Part shown: positions 17,808-28,803 of the stretch, piece after piece
Layout of the letters: each line of letters begins with the position of its first letter
Numbering within the stretch: position 1 is the first letter of the stretch
From: Nitrosopumilus sp.
Lineage (GTDB): Archaea; Thermoproteota; Nitrososphaeria; Nitrososphaerales; Nitrosopumilaceae
DNA length: 64,000 nt
Reading direction: 5' to 3'
Assembly: GCA_965205675.1 (NCBI GenBank)
Contig: OZ242186.1
Location: forward strand, 352,001 to 416,000
Position numbers and translations under genes: made by a program
The notes under the pieces: model-generated
Databases searched by the model: none
Told to the model about the DNA's origin: nothing
Seen by the model: only the letters and a program-made list of their open reading frames with translations

Positions 17808-19901
17808 ATGCGACTTAGAAAATTCAGAGTTAGGGCATATCGTTGCATTCATGATTCTGGAGAAATAACCGTTGGAGATTTGGCAGCTTTTGTGGGCAGA
17901 AATGAAAGTGGAAAAACTACCATTCTACAAGCACTGACTCTACTAAATCGAGATGAAGAAGTTTCAGAATTAGATCTTTGTGACGAAATGAATGATGAAT
18001 TAAAAGATGAAATAAAATTGGCAGAAGGCATATTTGATCTTAGCCAACATGAAATTAGCATCATCAAAGAAAAATTTCCGGGATTACCAGAAATTAAAAA
18101 AATTAAATTATTTAGAACAAATCAGAATCCTAGAGTACAATATGAGTTTGAAGATATTGAACTTGGTGAAGAGAACAATAAAGGGTTAAATTCATGGGAA
18201 AATTTTTCAAGACATATATTTGGATTTTTAGATACAATTCCAAATCATCTACGAATACAGATTAATACAAAATTCTTTGAAGAAGATGTTCCTAAAAATC
18301 GAGAACTGTTTGATAGTAAAATGGCAGAATTTAGCAATCAATTTCACGTAATAGCTATACAAGAACCCAAAGTAATTGAAGAATGGAAAAAAATCTATGA
18401 AAGCCCTGAAAACCAATTTTCAAATCTTCTAAGTGGAGAAAGTGAGGAAAAAGCATTACATAATTTTATTGCATCAGAATTACATCCAAGATTTGTATAC
18501 TTTTCAGATTATAAAAAAATCTATGGTAACATTAATCTTAACGAATATCTGAGAGACGAAAGAAGAGAACGCCCAGATTCAATTGAATTTATTGAAGAAT
18601 TTGATAAAGCAGAAACCGTGAGGAATCTATTTTATTTAGCTGAATTAGACATGAAAGAATTAGATGAAGTAAAAGAAAGTCCATCAAAATGTATCAAACT
18701 TCTCAATGCAGCAAGTAATAGATTAACAAAAAAATTAAACCCAGCTTGGAAAGGAGATCCTATTCATGTTGATTTAAGATATAATCCCGGAAATATAATG
18801 AGTGTTGTAATTTCAGATGTTCATAAAGATGGAACCATTACAAACACCGGTCTATTAAATAGAAGAGCTGAAGGATTCAAATGGACATTTTCATTTATTG
18901 TAAACTTTGCAGCTGAAACACAAAGGGCAGAATTAAAGGAAGCAATATTACTTTTAGATGAACCTGCAAGAAATTTACATCCTACTCAACAGATGGGAAT
19001 TTCAGATTTATTGAAAAATTTAGCAGGTTCAAATCAAGTATTGTATGCTACACATTCACCATTTATGATATTTGATTATACGCCAGGTAATTTGTTGGTT
19101 GTTGAATTAGACAAAAGAAAACACCTCAGTAGAATATTTTATGATTATTGGAATGCAGATGATAAAACATTAACACCTATTTTGTATGGATTGTGTAGAG
19201 GTCAAGTTGAATCTATTGTAGATAGAGAGATAGGAACAAACTCTAGACCAATTATCATAGTAGAAACAATGTCAGATGCAATGTATCTAAATGCGTTTGA
19301 TAAATTTTTACAAGATCCAAACATCTCAATGAATCCACTTAATGTGATTGCAGCATATAATAAAAATTCAGTTTTGCCTTTGGCGATATTTTATAGAAAT
19401 CATGGGTATAGAACATTTGTTTTACTGGATAATTCTGAGGAGTCTAAACAAATTTCTGCGCAATTAGTATCAAACGAATTTTCATCAATTCAAACTATCT
19501 TCTTTGAACGAGAGGGTAAAAAATTACAATCCATTGAAGATTATATATCTCTAGAGGATTACTTGTATCCAGTAAATCAAACTTATGAAATAAAATTAAG
19601 GCAAGAAGGTTTTTCGAATCTAACAGTTCAAGATATTGCAGCTAAAGAAGGAAAAGGAATATTAGAAAAACTGAGGAAAATATGGCAAGAGCACCGAGAG
19701 GATGATTGGGAAGAATTCGATAATGAAGAAATAACCCGATATATTTGTGAGAAAATAACCCTTGATGAAACTAGTTTCCTATCAGATAAAACCAAAGATC
19801 AATTTAGATCATTATACAGACTAATCGCTGAAAGAATCAGACAATATCAAAACGTAGTTGCAAAATCAGATTTAGACAAATTCCATAAAGGCAAAACCTA
19901 A
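17808..19901 (+). CDS. OLD-like ATP-dependent nuclease (ABC ATPase plus TOPRIM-like domain)
   Basis: YRCIHD, Walker A GRNESGKT, Walker B LLLDEP, H-loop ATHSPF, TOPRIM-like IIVETMSD and VLLDN, SIED. Confidence 0.8.
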   Translation: MRLRKFRVRAYRCIHDSGEITVGDLAAFVGRNESGKTTILQALTLLNRDEEVSELDLCDEMNDELKDEIKLAEGIFDLSQHEISIIKEKFPGLPEIKKIKLFRTNQNPRVQYEFEDIELGEENNKGLNSWENFSRHIFGFLDTIPNHLRIQINTKFFEEDVPKNRELFDSKMAEFSNQFHVIAIQEPKVIEEWKKIYESPENQFSNLLSGESEEKALHNFIASELHPRFVYFSDYKKIYGNINLNEYLRDERRERPDSIEFIEEFDKAETVRNLFYLAELDMKELDEVKESPSKCIKLLNAASNRLTKKLNPAWKGDPIHVDLRYNPGNIMSVVISDVHKDGTITNTGLLNRRAEGFKWTFSFIVNFAAETQRAELKEAILLLDEPARNLHPTQQMGISDLLKNLAGSNQVLYATHSPFMIFDYTPGNLLVVELDKRKHLSRIFYDYWNADDKTLTPILYGLCRGQVESIVDREIGTNSRPIIIVETMSDAMYLNAFDKFLQDPNISMNPLNVIAAYNKNSVLPLAIFYRNHGYRTFVLLDNSEESKQISAQLVSNEFSSIQTIFFEREGKKLQSIEDYISLEDYLYPVNQTYEIKLRQEGFSNLTVQDIAAKEGKGILEKLRKIWQEHREDDWEEFDNEEITRYICEKITLDETSFLSDKTKDQFRSLYRLIAERIRQYQNVVAKSDLDKFHKGKT

Positions 19902-19974
19902 GATTTAAGAAGTTTACTCATGACAGATACCAAATTAAGAAATAAAAAAACGAGGGAAATGGTTTAAGTGAGAG

Positions 19975-22137
19975 ATGACAAAATTTAACAATATGACTAG
20001 ATCCTCTAGTAGAGAAATTTTCCTTTCAATAATATTATTGACATCCATCATTATGATTACAATACCATCAAGTGTTTACGGAGAAAAAATTTCAGTTACA
20101 AATGTTGCATTAGAAGAAACATCATTATTGGAATTAACAAATGAATCAAATGAAGAAATTAATACCTTAAGACTCTGGCTTGAAAATGATTTTAATTTCA
20201 AATCCTATAAAACTGAAAAAGGATGGACAGGTGAAAAAAACCTACAAGGAGTAATTGTTTTTACATCCTCTGAGCCAATTAAACTAGGAGAATCAGTAAA
20301 GTTTGGGGTAAAAACTAACAAACCCACTTCAGGAATAAATTGGAAAGCACTTGATGAAAAAGATACGCAAGTAGATATAGGAATATCTATTGCAAAAGAA
20401 TTACCACAAATAATCAAAAAGGGAGACCTAGAAAAAAATTCAGAAGCGCCTGGAAAAAGCATAATGAATGAATCAGCATTCAAAATAATTCCAAAAGATC
20501 CAAAGGTAGGTGCATCAATTAGAGTTACAGGAGATAATTTTGGAACACTACAAGCATTTGATTTTTACATTGATTCCGAAAAACTAGGCGTTTTTGAAAC
20601 AGATGAAAACGGTCATTTTATGACCACAATGAAAATTCCAGATAATCAAAAAGCAGATAGGGCAGATTTTAAGATCATAGCAAAAGACGGAGAAGAGAAA
20701 AAAATCAGCATTAGAATAGGAGAAAATATAGCCAACAGAATTGAAATAGATGAAATTATTCCATTAACGATTAAAGGAATCCCAAGTATAATTCACAGAG
20801 GAGACTTCTTAGAAGTATCAGGTACAGGAGATCCACATGGTGCAATAACTGCAGATATTACTGCACCAGATGGAAATGTGATTAATTCAAGAACAGCAGC
20901 GATAGACAGTAAAGGAAATTGGGAGGTAGAAGAACCAATATTGGTACCAATAGATACGCCATTTGGCAACTATAGTGCAATAATTTCTGATGGGAGAGAC
21001 AGTAAGACGATTCACTGGACAGTAGAATCCAATAAAAAAATTATCATAATTCCAACAAATTTAAAAATTGACAAAGGAGAAATCATGAAATTTAACGGTA
21101 CTGCCATACCAAATCAACAAATCGAAATAGTATTAGAAGACCCACTTGGAAAAGAAGTTATTTCAGATGTCATACAAGTTGATGATTCTGGCGTTATAGA
21201 GTTTGAATTCCCAACTACATTAAATACATCAGTAGGAACATACACATTAATTGCAACACAAGGTAAAGAAAAAGAATTTGCCTATGCAGGTATTGAAACA
21301 ATCCCAATAATTCCAGTTAATATAGAATTTGATAAATTAAATTACAAATCAGGAGAAACTGCAATAATTACGTTATCTGGAGAAGCATCAGAAATTATTA
21401 GTTTACTAATAATAAATCCTTCAGACAAACCAATTGATGATCCAATATCAATTACATTACAACCAGATGGACGCAGTACACATACTATAGAACTAAAAGA
21501 ATATGCGTCTGGAGTATATACTGCTGTGGCCAGCAAAGGCAGTACTCAAAGTACAGAAATTTTTACAGTGGGTTTAGTTACAGGTTCAGGTGAAATTAAA
21601 ATTAACACAACAAAGCCAGAGTACCATCCAGGAGATCCGATATTAATTTTAGGCAATACGGGAGCCAATGTCCTTCTTACAATTACTATGACTGATATAA
21701 ATGGAAATGTGGTTAAAGAAAGAGAGACATTTTCAGACAAAACTGGAAAGATTTCTGAGGCGTCATTTAGAATTCCATCAGAAGCAACCTCAGGTATATG
21801 GACAATCAAGGCAAAGAGTGGGTCAAACTATTACGATTTAGAAATTGAAGTATTAGGAATTGCAGCAGATGGAATGTTAGTGTCAGTTGAATTTAGTCCA
21901 AAATTAGATGGGATTAATGATTTCATAAATATTCATGTTGTTGGGGCATCAAACTCAGTTAAAATCGATATCATAACAGATGACGGAGAAATTATTGAAC
22001 CACTCTCATTCCCAGCATCACAAGATGGAGTAATCGATCAACCGTGGAAGATTCCTAAAGATATTGCGCCAGGAACATATACTGTTAAAGCAACAGATGC
22101 ATTCAATAGTGCTGAAACAACCTTTGACATTACATAA
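19975..22137 (+). CDS. Large secreted or surface protein with tandem Ig-like domains
   Basis: Signal peptide; recurring Y..GE/GD.I.I.G...DP.G...G.YT beta-sandwich motifs. Confidence 0.75.
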   Translation: MTKFNNMTRSSSREIFLSIILLTSIIMITIPSSVYGEKISVTNVALEETSLLELTNESNEEINTLRLWLENDFNFKSYKTEKGWTGEKNLQGVIVFTSSEPIKLGESVKFGVKTNKPTSGINWKALDEKDTQVDIGISIAKELPQIIKKGDLEKNSEAPGKSIMNESAFKIIPKDPKVGASIRVTGDNFGTLQAFDFYIDSEKLGVFETDENGHFMTTMKIPDNQKADRADFKIIAKDGEEKKISIRIGENIANRIEIDEIIPLTIKGIPSIIHRGDFLEVSGTGDPHGAITADITAPDGNVINSRTAAIDSKGNWEVEEPILVPIDTPFGNYSAIISDGRDSKTIHWTVESNKKIIIIPTNLKIDKGEIMKFNGTAIPNQQIEIVLEDPLGKEVISDVIQVDDSGVIEFEFPTTLNTSVGTYTLIATQGKEKEFAYAGIETIPIIPVNIEFDKLNYKSGETAIITLSGEASEIISLLIINPSDKPIDDPISITLQPDGRSTHTIELKEYASGVYTAVASKGSTQSTEIFTVGLVTGSGEIKINTTKPEYHPGDPILILGNTGANVLLTITMTDINGNVVKERETFSDKTGKISEASFRIPSEATSGIWTIKAKSGSNYYDLEIEVLGIAADGMLVSVEFSPKLDGINDFINIHVVGASNSVKIDIITDDGEIIEPLSFPASQDGVIDQPWKIPKDIAPGTYTVKATDAFNSAETTFDIT

Positions 22138-22176
22138 TATCAAACAATTTTATTTTACTTAATTGAATAAGAAGTA

Positions 22177-22689
22177 ATGAATTTGAAAGACAAGATAGTA
22201 GATTATCCTAATTTCCCTAAAAAAGGAATTTTGTTTAGAGATTTTAGTCCAATTTTAAAAGATCCATCAGCATTATCATATGTTGTAGATGAATTTTCAA
22301 AATATTTTCATCCAAAAGATATTGACGTGTTTGCAGGAATCGAATCAAGGGGATTCATCATAGCCTCAATTTTAGCCTCAAGATACAACAAAGGCATGGT
22401 AATGATAAGAAAAGCAGGGAAATTGCCTGGTAAAACCGCCAAATTAGCATATACAATAGAATATGGGAAAGACACCATAGAGATACAAAAAGACATCATC
22501 AAAGAAGGAGAAAAAGTGCTCATTTGTGATGATTTACTTGCAACTGGAGGAACTGCTAAAGCATCTGCAAAATTAATTGAGAAAATAGGCGGAAACATAG
22601 TAGGATTTGCATTCATCATTGAACTAGTTGATCTTAACGGAATCAAAGGAATTAGCAAATACACTTCTAAATCATTGGTGAAATATTAA
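22177..22689 (+). CDS. apt: Adenine phosphoribosyltransferase
   Basis: [36 protein letters not shown]. Confidence 0.97.
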   Translation: MNLKDKIVDYPNFPKKGILFRDFSPILKDPSALSYVVDEFSKYFHPKDIDVFAGIESRGFIIASILASRYNKGMVMIRKAGKLPGKTAKLAYTIEYGKDTIEIQKDIIKEGEKVLICDDLLATGGTAKASAKLIEKIGGNIVGFAFIIELVDLNGIKGISKYTSKSLVKY

Positions 22690-23480
22690 TGGAAAAAGAT
22701 GTAGAGATTGGAATTCTTGGAGGTACAGGAATTTATGATTCAGGTTTACTTGAAAATACACAAGAAATTGACGTAGATACACCGTATGGAAAACCTTCAG
22801 ATACTATTACTGTAGGAATGTTCCAAGGGAGGAAAATTGCATTTCTTCCAAGACATGGAAAAAAACACAGCATACCACCACATAAAATCAATTTCAAAGC
22901 AAATATTTGGGCATTCAAAGAATTAGGGATTACCAGAATTATTGCACCATCAGCAGTAGGAAGTTTAAAAGAAGAATTAGCTCCCGGTGATTTTGCATTA
23001 CCAACACAATTCTTAGATTTTACAAAATCACGAGATGGTTCATTTGCAGAAGATCAAAGAGTAATCCATATTTCTGTGGCTGATCCGTTTTGCCCAGAAT
23101 TGCAATCATCAATTCTTCAAGTTACAGATAGCCAAAATCTGAATATACATAAAGATTGTACATATGTCTGCATAGAAGGACCAAGATTTTCAACCAAAGC
23201 TGAATCAAAGTTTTACAGAACAACGGGTGCAGACATTATAGGCATGACATTAGTTCCAGAATGTCAACTAGCAAGGGAAGCCCAAATGTGTTATGCTTCA
23301 ATTTCAACGGTGACCGATTATGATGTATGGGCTGAAAAACCCGTGACAGCTAAAGAAGTGCTTGAAACACTTTCAAAAAATGTAGAAAAAACAAAGAAAA
23401 TATTTGTTGAATTAATTGATAAAATTCCTAAAACAAGAACATGTTCATGTGCAAAGGCACTAGAAGAAGCAGAATTTTAA
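22689..23480 (+). CDS. mtnP: S-methyl-5'-thioadenosine phosphorylase
   Basis: [35 protein letters not shown]. Confidence 0.95.
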   Translation: MEKDVEIGILGGTGIYDSGLLENTQEIDVDTPYGKPSDTITVGMFQGRKIAFLPRHGKKHSIPPHKINFKANIWAFKELGITRIIAPSAVGSLKEELAPGDFALPTQFLDFTKSRDGSFAEDQRVIHISVADPFCPELQSSILQVTDSQNLNIHKDCTYVCIEGPRFSTKAESKFYRTTGADIIGMTLVPECQLAREAQMCYASISTVTDYDVWAEKPVTAKEVLETLSKNVEKTKKIFVELIDKIPKTRTCSCAKALEEAEF

Positions 23481-23761
23481 TCGTCAACAAATGACTCTTT
23501 TTTGAGTCCTTCTGGAAGAGTCAAATCACCTTGTAAAAGATTACTTTGGAGAGAATCTATAACTTCATCAACATCATATTCCAATTTTTCTAATTCCTTT
23601 TCAGTAGTTTGAGATAATTTTGCACTAATATTTTGCCCACCTATTCTACCAAATGCAATAGCTGTAAAACGAAACTTGTTTTCATCTACGATGAAGTTAC
23701 CTGTAATTTTTGCAGCCATTTGGCTTCCATGAATATTATTAATATGAACTTTAAGATCCAT
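23477..23761 (-). CDS. Hypothetical protein
   Basis: Clean ORF in a co-oriented cluster; [13 protein letters not shown] motif. Confidence 0.75.
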   Translation of the reverse strand: MDLKVHINNIHGSQMAAKITGNFIVDENKFRFTAIAFGRIGGQNISAKLSQTTEKELEKLEYDVDEVIDSLQSNLLQGDLTLPEGLKKESFVDD

Positions 23762-23769
23762 TATACAAA

Positions 23770-24168
23770 TTAAATTTCTACAGCTTTGTTAACATTGTCA
23801 TCAATTAGAAAACTCCAATGTTTGTCATCTTCGATTTTGAAATCATTTACTTTTAGAGGAATTGTTTTTTCATCTAAACATTCATGTTTGATTTCTCCAT
23901 TTTCTTTTAATTTTACCAATTTCCATTTGTATTTCCCCTGTTGTAATTTACACACATTAACACCCCACTTTGCATCAGGATCAATTTTTGGCATACCTAC
24001 TAAATCAGCGATCTCTTCAATTCCAAGTTGTTTTTCTTCACAAAATTTTTTTTTACAAACACCACATCGCCAAACATCAACAGAACCTATAGTTTTTTCA
24101 TCAATGTTGATATTTACTACACCAAAATAAACTGGCTGATGTTTACATGTCACAGTATCAACGCTCAA
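23770..24168 (-). CDS. Hypothetical Cys-containing protein
   Basis: CKH...CGVC..FCE; tightly packed with neighbours. Confidence 0.75.
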   Translation of the reverse strand: MSVDTVTCKHQPVYFGVVNINIDEKTIGSVDVWRCGVCKKKFCEEKQLGIEEIADLVGMPKIDPDAKWGVNVCKLQQGKYKWKLVKLKENGEIKHECLDEKTIPLKVNDFKIEDDKHWSFLIDDNVNKAVEI

Positions 24169-24190
24169 TGTTGTTCACCAGATATTAGTA

Positions 24191-24544
24191 TTATTTAGTT
24201 CTTGCATCATCATAGGGTTTTTCTAAGATCGCCCCAATGTTATCTACGATCTTATTTCTCTTAAATTCGATATTTTCTCGCTCGCACATCTTTCTATACA
24301 TATTGACTGCAGTAAATCTAGGATGCATTGCCTCAAACTCAGTTGTGCTTATACTAATAAAAGCACCCAATGACATTAAATCTTTAGATGCTTTTTTAGC
24401 ATCATCAATTGAAAGATGTAATTTTTCAGCGATTTTTTTAGATGACATTTTTCCATAACAAGTTACTAACAAATATACTCTTGTTTGAATTAAATCTAAG
24501 TGTAATTCAGATATAAGTTCATTTTCGATTTCTGTATAAGACAT
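24191..24544 (-). CDS. TrmB-like HTH protein
   Basis: L..L....RVYLLV..G.MS...IA..L HTH pattern; AMHPR. Confidence 0.65.
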   Translation of the reverse strand: MSYTEIENELISELHLDLIQTRVYLLVTCYGKMSSKKIAEKLHLSIDDAKKASKDLMSLGAFISISTTEFEAMHPRFTAVNMYRKMCERENIEFKRNKIVDNIGAILEKPYDDARTK

Positions 24545-24589
24545 TATTTTTAAAATAAATCATAACAACATAAAACATAATCTATGGAA

Positions 24590-24778
24590 TTACTTTTTGA
24601 CAAGAATTTTCCTAGCAATCTTTAAAGAAAACCCCATTGCAATAAAATGAACAATAGCACCTATAATTGCAGCATAAATCAAATTATCTAAAATAATCCA
24701 TGAAAGAAGAAAAAATAGAATGGATGGAACTGTGATAATAGCTGCAATAATTGCTCCTTTAAGAGCAATTTCTCTCAT
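24590..24778 (-). CDS. Small membrane protein
   Basis: Two hydrophobic segments; start likely at MREIALK. Confidence 0.65.
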   Translation of the reverse strand: MREIALKGAIIAAIITVPSILFFLLSWIILDNLIYAAIIGAIVHFIAMGFSLKIARKILVKK

Positions 24779-24971
24779 CGTAAGTTTAGTTGATTTATCA
24801 TTAGACAATAGGTAGAAATTCAAAATTGGTAATAAAAACCAAAGATACTTTCGTTGATTGAACTCAAAAAAGTATGGTCAAATTGCTGTTTTTAAGATAA
24901 TCATGATTGGTTTAAGGTAATAATGAATGTTCTTTGAATTTATCAATGATTTTCAAAAGAAGTACTGTAGC

Positions 24972-25273
24972 TCATTTAGAATCCATACGTACTTTCTCTA
25001 TTAGTTGATTTGCCCCATCTTCAAAGTCTGCAGTAGGATAATTGTAGTTGATTCCTCTTTCCTTTGGTATATTTTCTAGATGTCGCAATCTATGATTTTC
25101 TTCTTCTATTTTCTGAGGATTATCTTTTAGTACATATCTTAACATATTACACAAAACACGCTTTAATCTTCTCCCATAATCTTTTTTGGTATATTCAGAA
25201 TCAATCAAACTAAAAAACGTCTGAACTACTGAATCTCGTAGTTCAGTTTTTCTTCTGGTTTAATTGGATTCAT
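24972..25273 (-). pseudogene. Frameshifted hypothetical gene relic
   Basis: Upstream MNPIKPEEK frame stops early; the shifted frame TELRDSVVQTFFSLIDSE continues into ORF 24972-25208. Confidence 0.4.
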
Positions 25274-25363
25274 GACTAGGAATAAATTAAAATATTATTT
25301 ATTGAGTAACATTATCAAGAAGCCAAAGATACTTTATATTTGGCAGAACTCAATTTTTACTGT

Positions 25364-25822
25364 TTGGCAAGTTACAAAGGAGCATATTCAAATGATCAAT
25401 CATTAAATTTTATAATTCCTATTATTGTAATTGTATTTTTAGGAATAATCTACATGATGACACAAAGAGTAGATTCAGGATTTGTGAGTTTTATTCTAAT
25501 CGGAACAGCAGCAATTACAATGTTTTACTGGGTTAAAGTTCTGAAAAAAATGGCTAAAGATCAAAAACCCGTTTACACTCAAGCAGGAGAACAAGAGACA
25601 AAAAATTGGGTTTATGATTTAATCAAAGGAGAAGGAGAATTTGTTTTTGTGGCCGAAGTGCCAGGACCAGAAGATAAAATTACAGTAAGATTAGTAGATA
25701 GTATTTTATACATCAGAGGCACTGGAGGATTCTCCAAAGAAGTTCCAATAGAGGGAGTTAATGAAATGCAAATCTTTGATTTCAAATATAGAAATGGCGT
25801 ATTGACACTACGAATAAAATAA
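25364..25822 (+). CDS. Membrane-anchored Hsp20/alpha-crystallin domain protein
   Basis: Two TM segments then VAEVPG...YRNGVLTL; TTTATAT about 25 nt before TTG 25364. Confidence 0.8.
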   Translation: MASYKGAYSNDQSLNFIIPIIVIVFLGIIYMMTQRVDSGFVSFILIGTAAITMFYWVKVLKKMAKDQKPVYTQAGEQETKNWVYDLIKGEGEFVFVAEVPGPEDKITVRLVDSILYIRGTGGFSKEVPIEGVNEMQIFDFKYRNGVLTLRIK

Positions 25823-26944
25823 CTAAAGACTTTTTGCCAATTCTAATTTTTGTGGCAAGTATTTGTCAGTAATGTTTGTTAAGCCATATTTTGAGAAAGC
25901 CTCAAGCTCTGCTTTTCTTTTTAGTCTAAGAAATACATCAAGTTCTTTTTTCCAAATTCCATCTTGATATCGTGGATCTTTTTGAAGATCATAACATCGT
26001 TTTATGTCAGATTCAGTCATTGGTATTGTCGGCAACTTATATTTTTCAATATCTGTAGCCCACACTCCAACCCATTTTGCATCAGGAACTGTAAGTTCTC
26101 TAAGATGAGCAGCATTAGCAGAACCTGATTTTATGACCATTGCAATATGTTCTCCATATACATCTCCATCTGTTAAAACAATTACAGGTAATTTCATTTC
26201 ATCATGAAGTCGTTTTAGCAAAGTACGAGTTGAACGTGGGGCCTGTCCGCCTGTATTAATAATAATCGATTTGAATTTTTTATCAATTTGTTCTTCAACA
26301 AATCTTGTGAAAAGACCACCTTTTTCAATAGCAATAACAATTTCTGCACTAGTATCAACTAGTTCAGCAGTTGTCAAACTAGGTCCTATCGAATAGCCAT
26401 CAGGGTGATTAGATAAATTCATAGTTTTTCCCTCATAACCCGGAATAGTATATTCTATATTCAAATCCCCGAAAATAGAACTTCTCTCTTCAGGAAATAT
26501 GTGAAAATCTTCTCTGGGTTTTGAAGTTACCGCCTCTAAATCTACAATAATGTTATCTGATTCAGATTGATCTTCAAATTCAATAGTGAAAGCTTGAGAT
26601 GAATAATAAACATCTCTTAATGTGGATGATTTTTTTTCATGAGTCAATCTGTTTGCAAAAAATGCCAACCATATTAATTGTGTAAAAGATCTCAGCTGTG
26701 CAGAATTTCTTGAACTTCTTACAGCGGCATTACTTCCTAAAACATACTGTCTTAGTTGTTTATCATAAACAATATTACTTACTGATCTACTAGGTATTGA
26801 AAATTTTGGAAATTGCCCATTATCTAAATCGTCATAAATTGTTGCACCGTGACTTTTGAGCATTTCAAGTATGTTCTTTTGTTTTTCATCAGCTTTTTTG
26901 CTCCGTTCTTTAATTTTGGTTTGTTCTTTTTTACTTGTTTTCAA
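25823..26944 (-). CDS. top6A: DNA topoisomerase VI subunit A
   Basis: STLRDVYY, IEK, GQAPR, TDGDVYG, KAELEA. Confidence 0.97.
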   Translation of the reverse strand: MKTSKKEQTKIKERSKKADEKQKNILEMLKSHGATIYDDLDNGQFPKFSIPSRSVSNIVYDKQLRQYVLGSNAAVRSSRNSAQLRSFTQLIWLAFFANRLTHEKKSSTLRDVYYSSQAFTIEFEDQSESDNIIVDLEAVTSKPREDFHIFPEERSSIFGDLNIEYTIPGYEGKTMNLSNHPDGYSIGPSLTTAELVDTSAEIVIAIEKGGLFTRFVEEQIDKKFKSIIINTGGQAPRSTRTLLKRLHDEMKLPVIVLTDGDVYGEHIAMVIKSGSANAAHLRELTVPDAKWVGVWATDIEKYKLPTIPMTESDIKRCYDLQKDPRYQDGIWKKELDVFLRLKRKAELEAFSKYGLTNITDKYLPQKLELAKSL

Positions 26945-28802
26945 TTTCTTTTTCCTCTTTTACATCTTTTTTAGATTCAATTATATTTTCATCTAATATT
27001 TTCTGATAATTAGGTGATTTTTTCTTTCCAGCAAGTTCTGTACAAAATTCAGCAATTAATGGAATGTATTTTGCATAAAGATTTGCCCTCTTTTTTGCCA
27101 TATCAGCTTGTCCTCTTTTTGACATGTATGCTGCTAACTTTCTTGATAAAAATTGCAACCCTAATCTTAATTCTCTCTCAATTTCTTGTCTATCGGCAAC
27201 ATTTTCTTTTCCTGCTGTTTTGTATGGTATTCTAGTAGAGCAAATATGAGATACAATAATGAACGGTGGATCTCCTTTTACCTTATATCTGCCCCAATCA
27301 GTATCATTAACTACTTTTAGAACTACATCACTACCTTCATCATACAATAATGGGATTCTATTAGCATACCTGTAAACATGTGGTCCACCAGATTTGATAT
27401 CGCCACCATAAGCAATCCCCATCTCAATAATGAATGGAAATCCAGAATATGCAGAAGGAGGACGTTGAACAACCGCTGTGAAATCAGGATTAAAGAATTT
27501 CTTGATTCCTTTTTCTAGCGGTTCTTCACCCAAAGGAGCCAAACAACTAGAATCTGGAGTCATAAAGTCATCAAATTTTTGAAGTGAATCACTTAGTTGA
27601 ACCAACTCTTGATTCGTCAGAGTTCCCATTCGTTTTTCAGGCTTGAATTTTGCAAATTCTGCAAACTTTATTGCAGTGGTAGGACCTATACGCTGAAATC
27701 TTTTAGTCAAAAATGTAGTTAATGGCTCTCCTTGAACTGTGTTAGTCAATTGTTTGTAATACTGATTTTCAGGATCCATATCAACTGATTTTGATTGAGA
27801 GTCTCCAAAATCCCAATAGAATAGTTTTTTATTTGGAATATCAAGATCTTCAATTTTTATTTTGTTTAATTTTTCAAAATCCGTTTTAAGAAAAGACATC
27901 AATGCGATTACTACTCTAACTTGACGTGAAAGAGTTTTCCATTTTTTCTTTGCTTTATCCATGATTACTGTAAAACTTAGATTTTGCTTTGATAATCGTA
28001 AATCTTTTCTAACTTTTTCAATCATTGCATCATCGATGATAGGAATTTCAAACTGAGATTCGACAATCATCCTTCTAATACGTTCAACATCAATTCCATG
28101 CGGATGTGGTTTGATTATTGTTGGAGGAGGTGGAATTTCTTTTACAAATCTTACATGTGTAAATTTTTGTCCTTTAGGATCATCAAAAATAATTGACGCA
28201 TACGGAGTAATCAAAGATGTTTCATAAACATAATCACGAATTTTATTACCTGCTTTAGAATAATCACCCTCTAAACAAATACTGACAGATAATCCTTTTT
28301 TTGAAATTTCTTTTGTGGTGTGTTTTACAATTACTGGTTTGTTTTTTTGAATATCCAACAATATTTCAAATTGGTTTTGTATTGCACCATCTGAACAACT
28401 TTTTACAATTACTGGTTTGTTAGTAGTAATCTGCCCATAAAGAATTGCCATCGTAGCTCCTAATCCAAACATTCCTCTTGCTTGTTTTAATCCAAACTTA
28501 GAACCATAAAGAACAGTTCCAAACGCAAGTGGGATATGTTCTGCATCAATTCCAGGTCCGTTGTCTTTTACAGTTAAAATATACGGTTTAGGATCTGGTT
28601 TTTCAGGCTCAACTGCTTTAATTGTAAGATGAACATCAGGAAGAATTCCTTTTTGATCACATGCATCCAATGCGTTTTCAACAAATTCTCTAACTGCTGT
28701 GTAAAGAGATCGTGTAGGATTACTGAATCCAGCTAAATCACGATTACTATAAAAGAACTCACTTGGGGAAATCTGATTAAATTTCTCTTTAATAGAAGAC
28801 AT
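26931..28802 (-). CDS. top6B: DNA topoisomerase VI subunit B
   Basis: EFVENALDA, DNGPGI, GSKF, RGMFGLG, RYANRIPL. Confidence 0.97.
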   Translation of the reverse strand: MSSIKEKFNQISPSEFFYSNRDLAGFSNPTRSLYTAVREFVENALDACDQKGILPDVHLTIKAVEPEKPDPKPYILTVKDNGPGIDAEHIPLAFGTVLYGSKFGLKQARGMFGLGATMAILYGQITTNKPVIVKSCSDGAIQNQFEILLDIQKNKPVIVKHTTKEISKKGLSVSICLEGDYSKAGNKIRDYVYETSLITPYASIIFDDPKGQKFTHVRFVKEIPPPPTIIKPHPHGIDVERIRRMIVESQFEIPIIDDAMIEKVRKDLRLSKQNLSFTVIMDKAKKKWKTLSRQVRVVIALMSFLKTDFEKLNKIKIEDLDIPNKKLFYWDFGDSQSKSVDMDPENQYYKQLTNTVQGEPLTTFLTKRFQRIGPTTAIKFAEFAKFKPEKRMGTLTNQELVQLSDSLQKFDDFMTPDSSCLAPLGEEPLEKGIKKFFNPDFTAVVQRPPSAYSGFPFIIEMGIAYGGDIKSGGPHVYRYANRIPLLYDEGSDVVLKVVNDTDWGRYKVKGDPPFIIVSHICSTRIPYKTAGKENVADRQEIERELRLGLQFLSRKLAAYMSKRGQADMAKKRANLYAKYIPLIAEFCTELAGKKKSPNYQKILDENIIESKKDVKEEKEIENK

Positions 28803-28803
28803 C

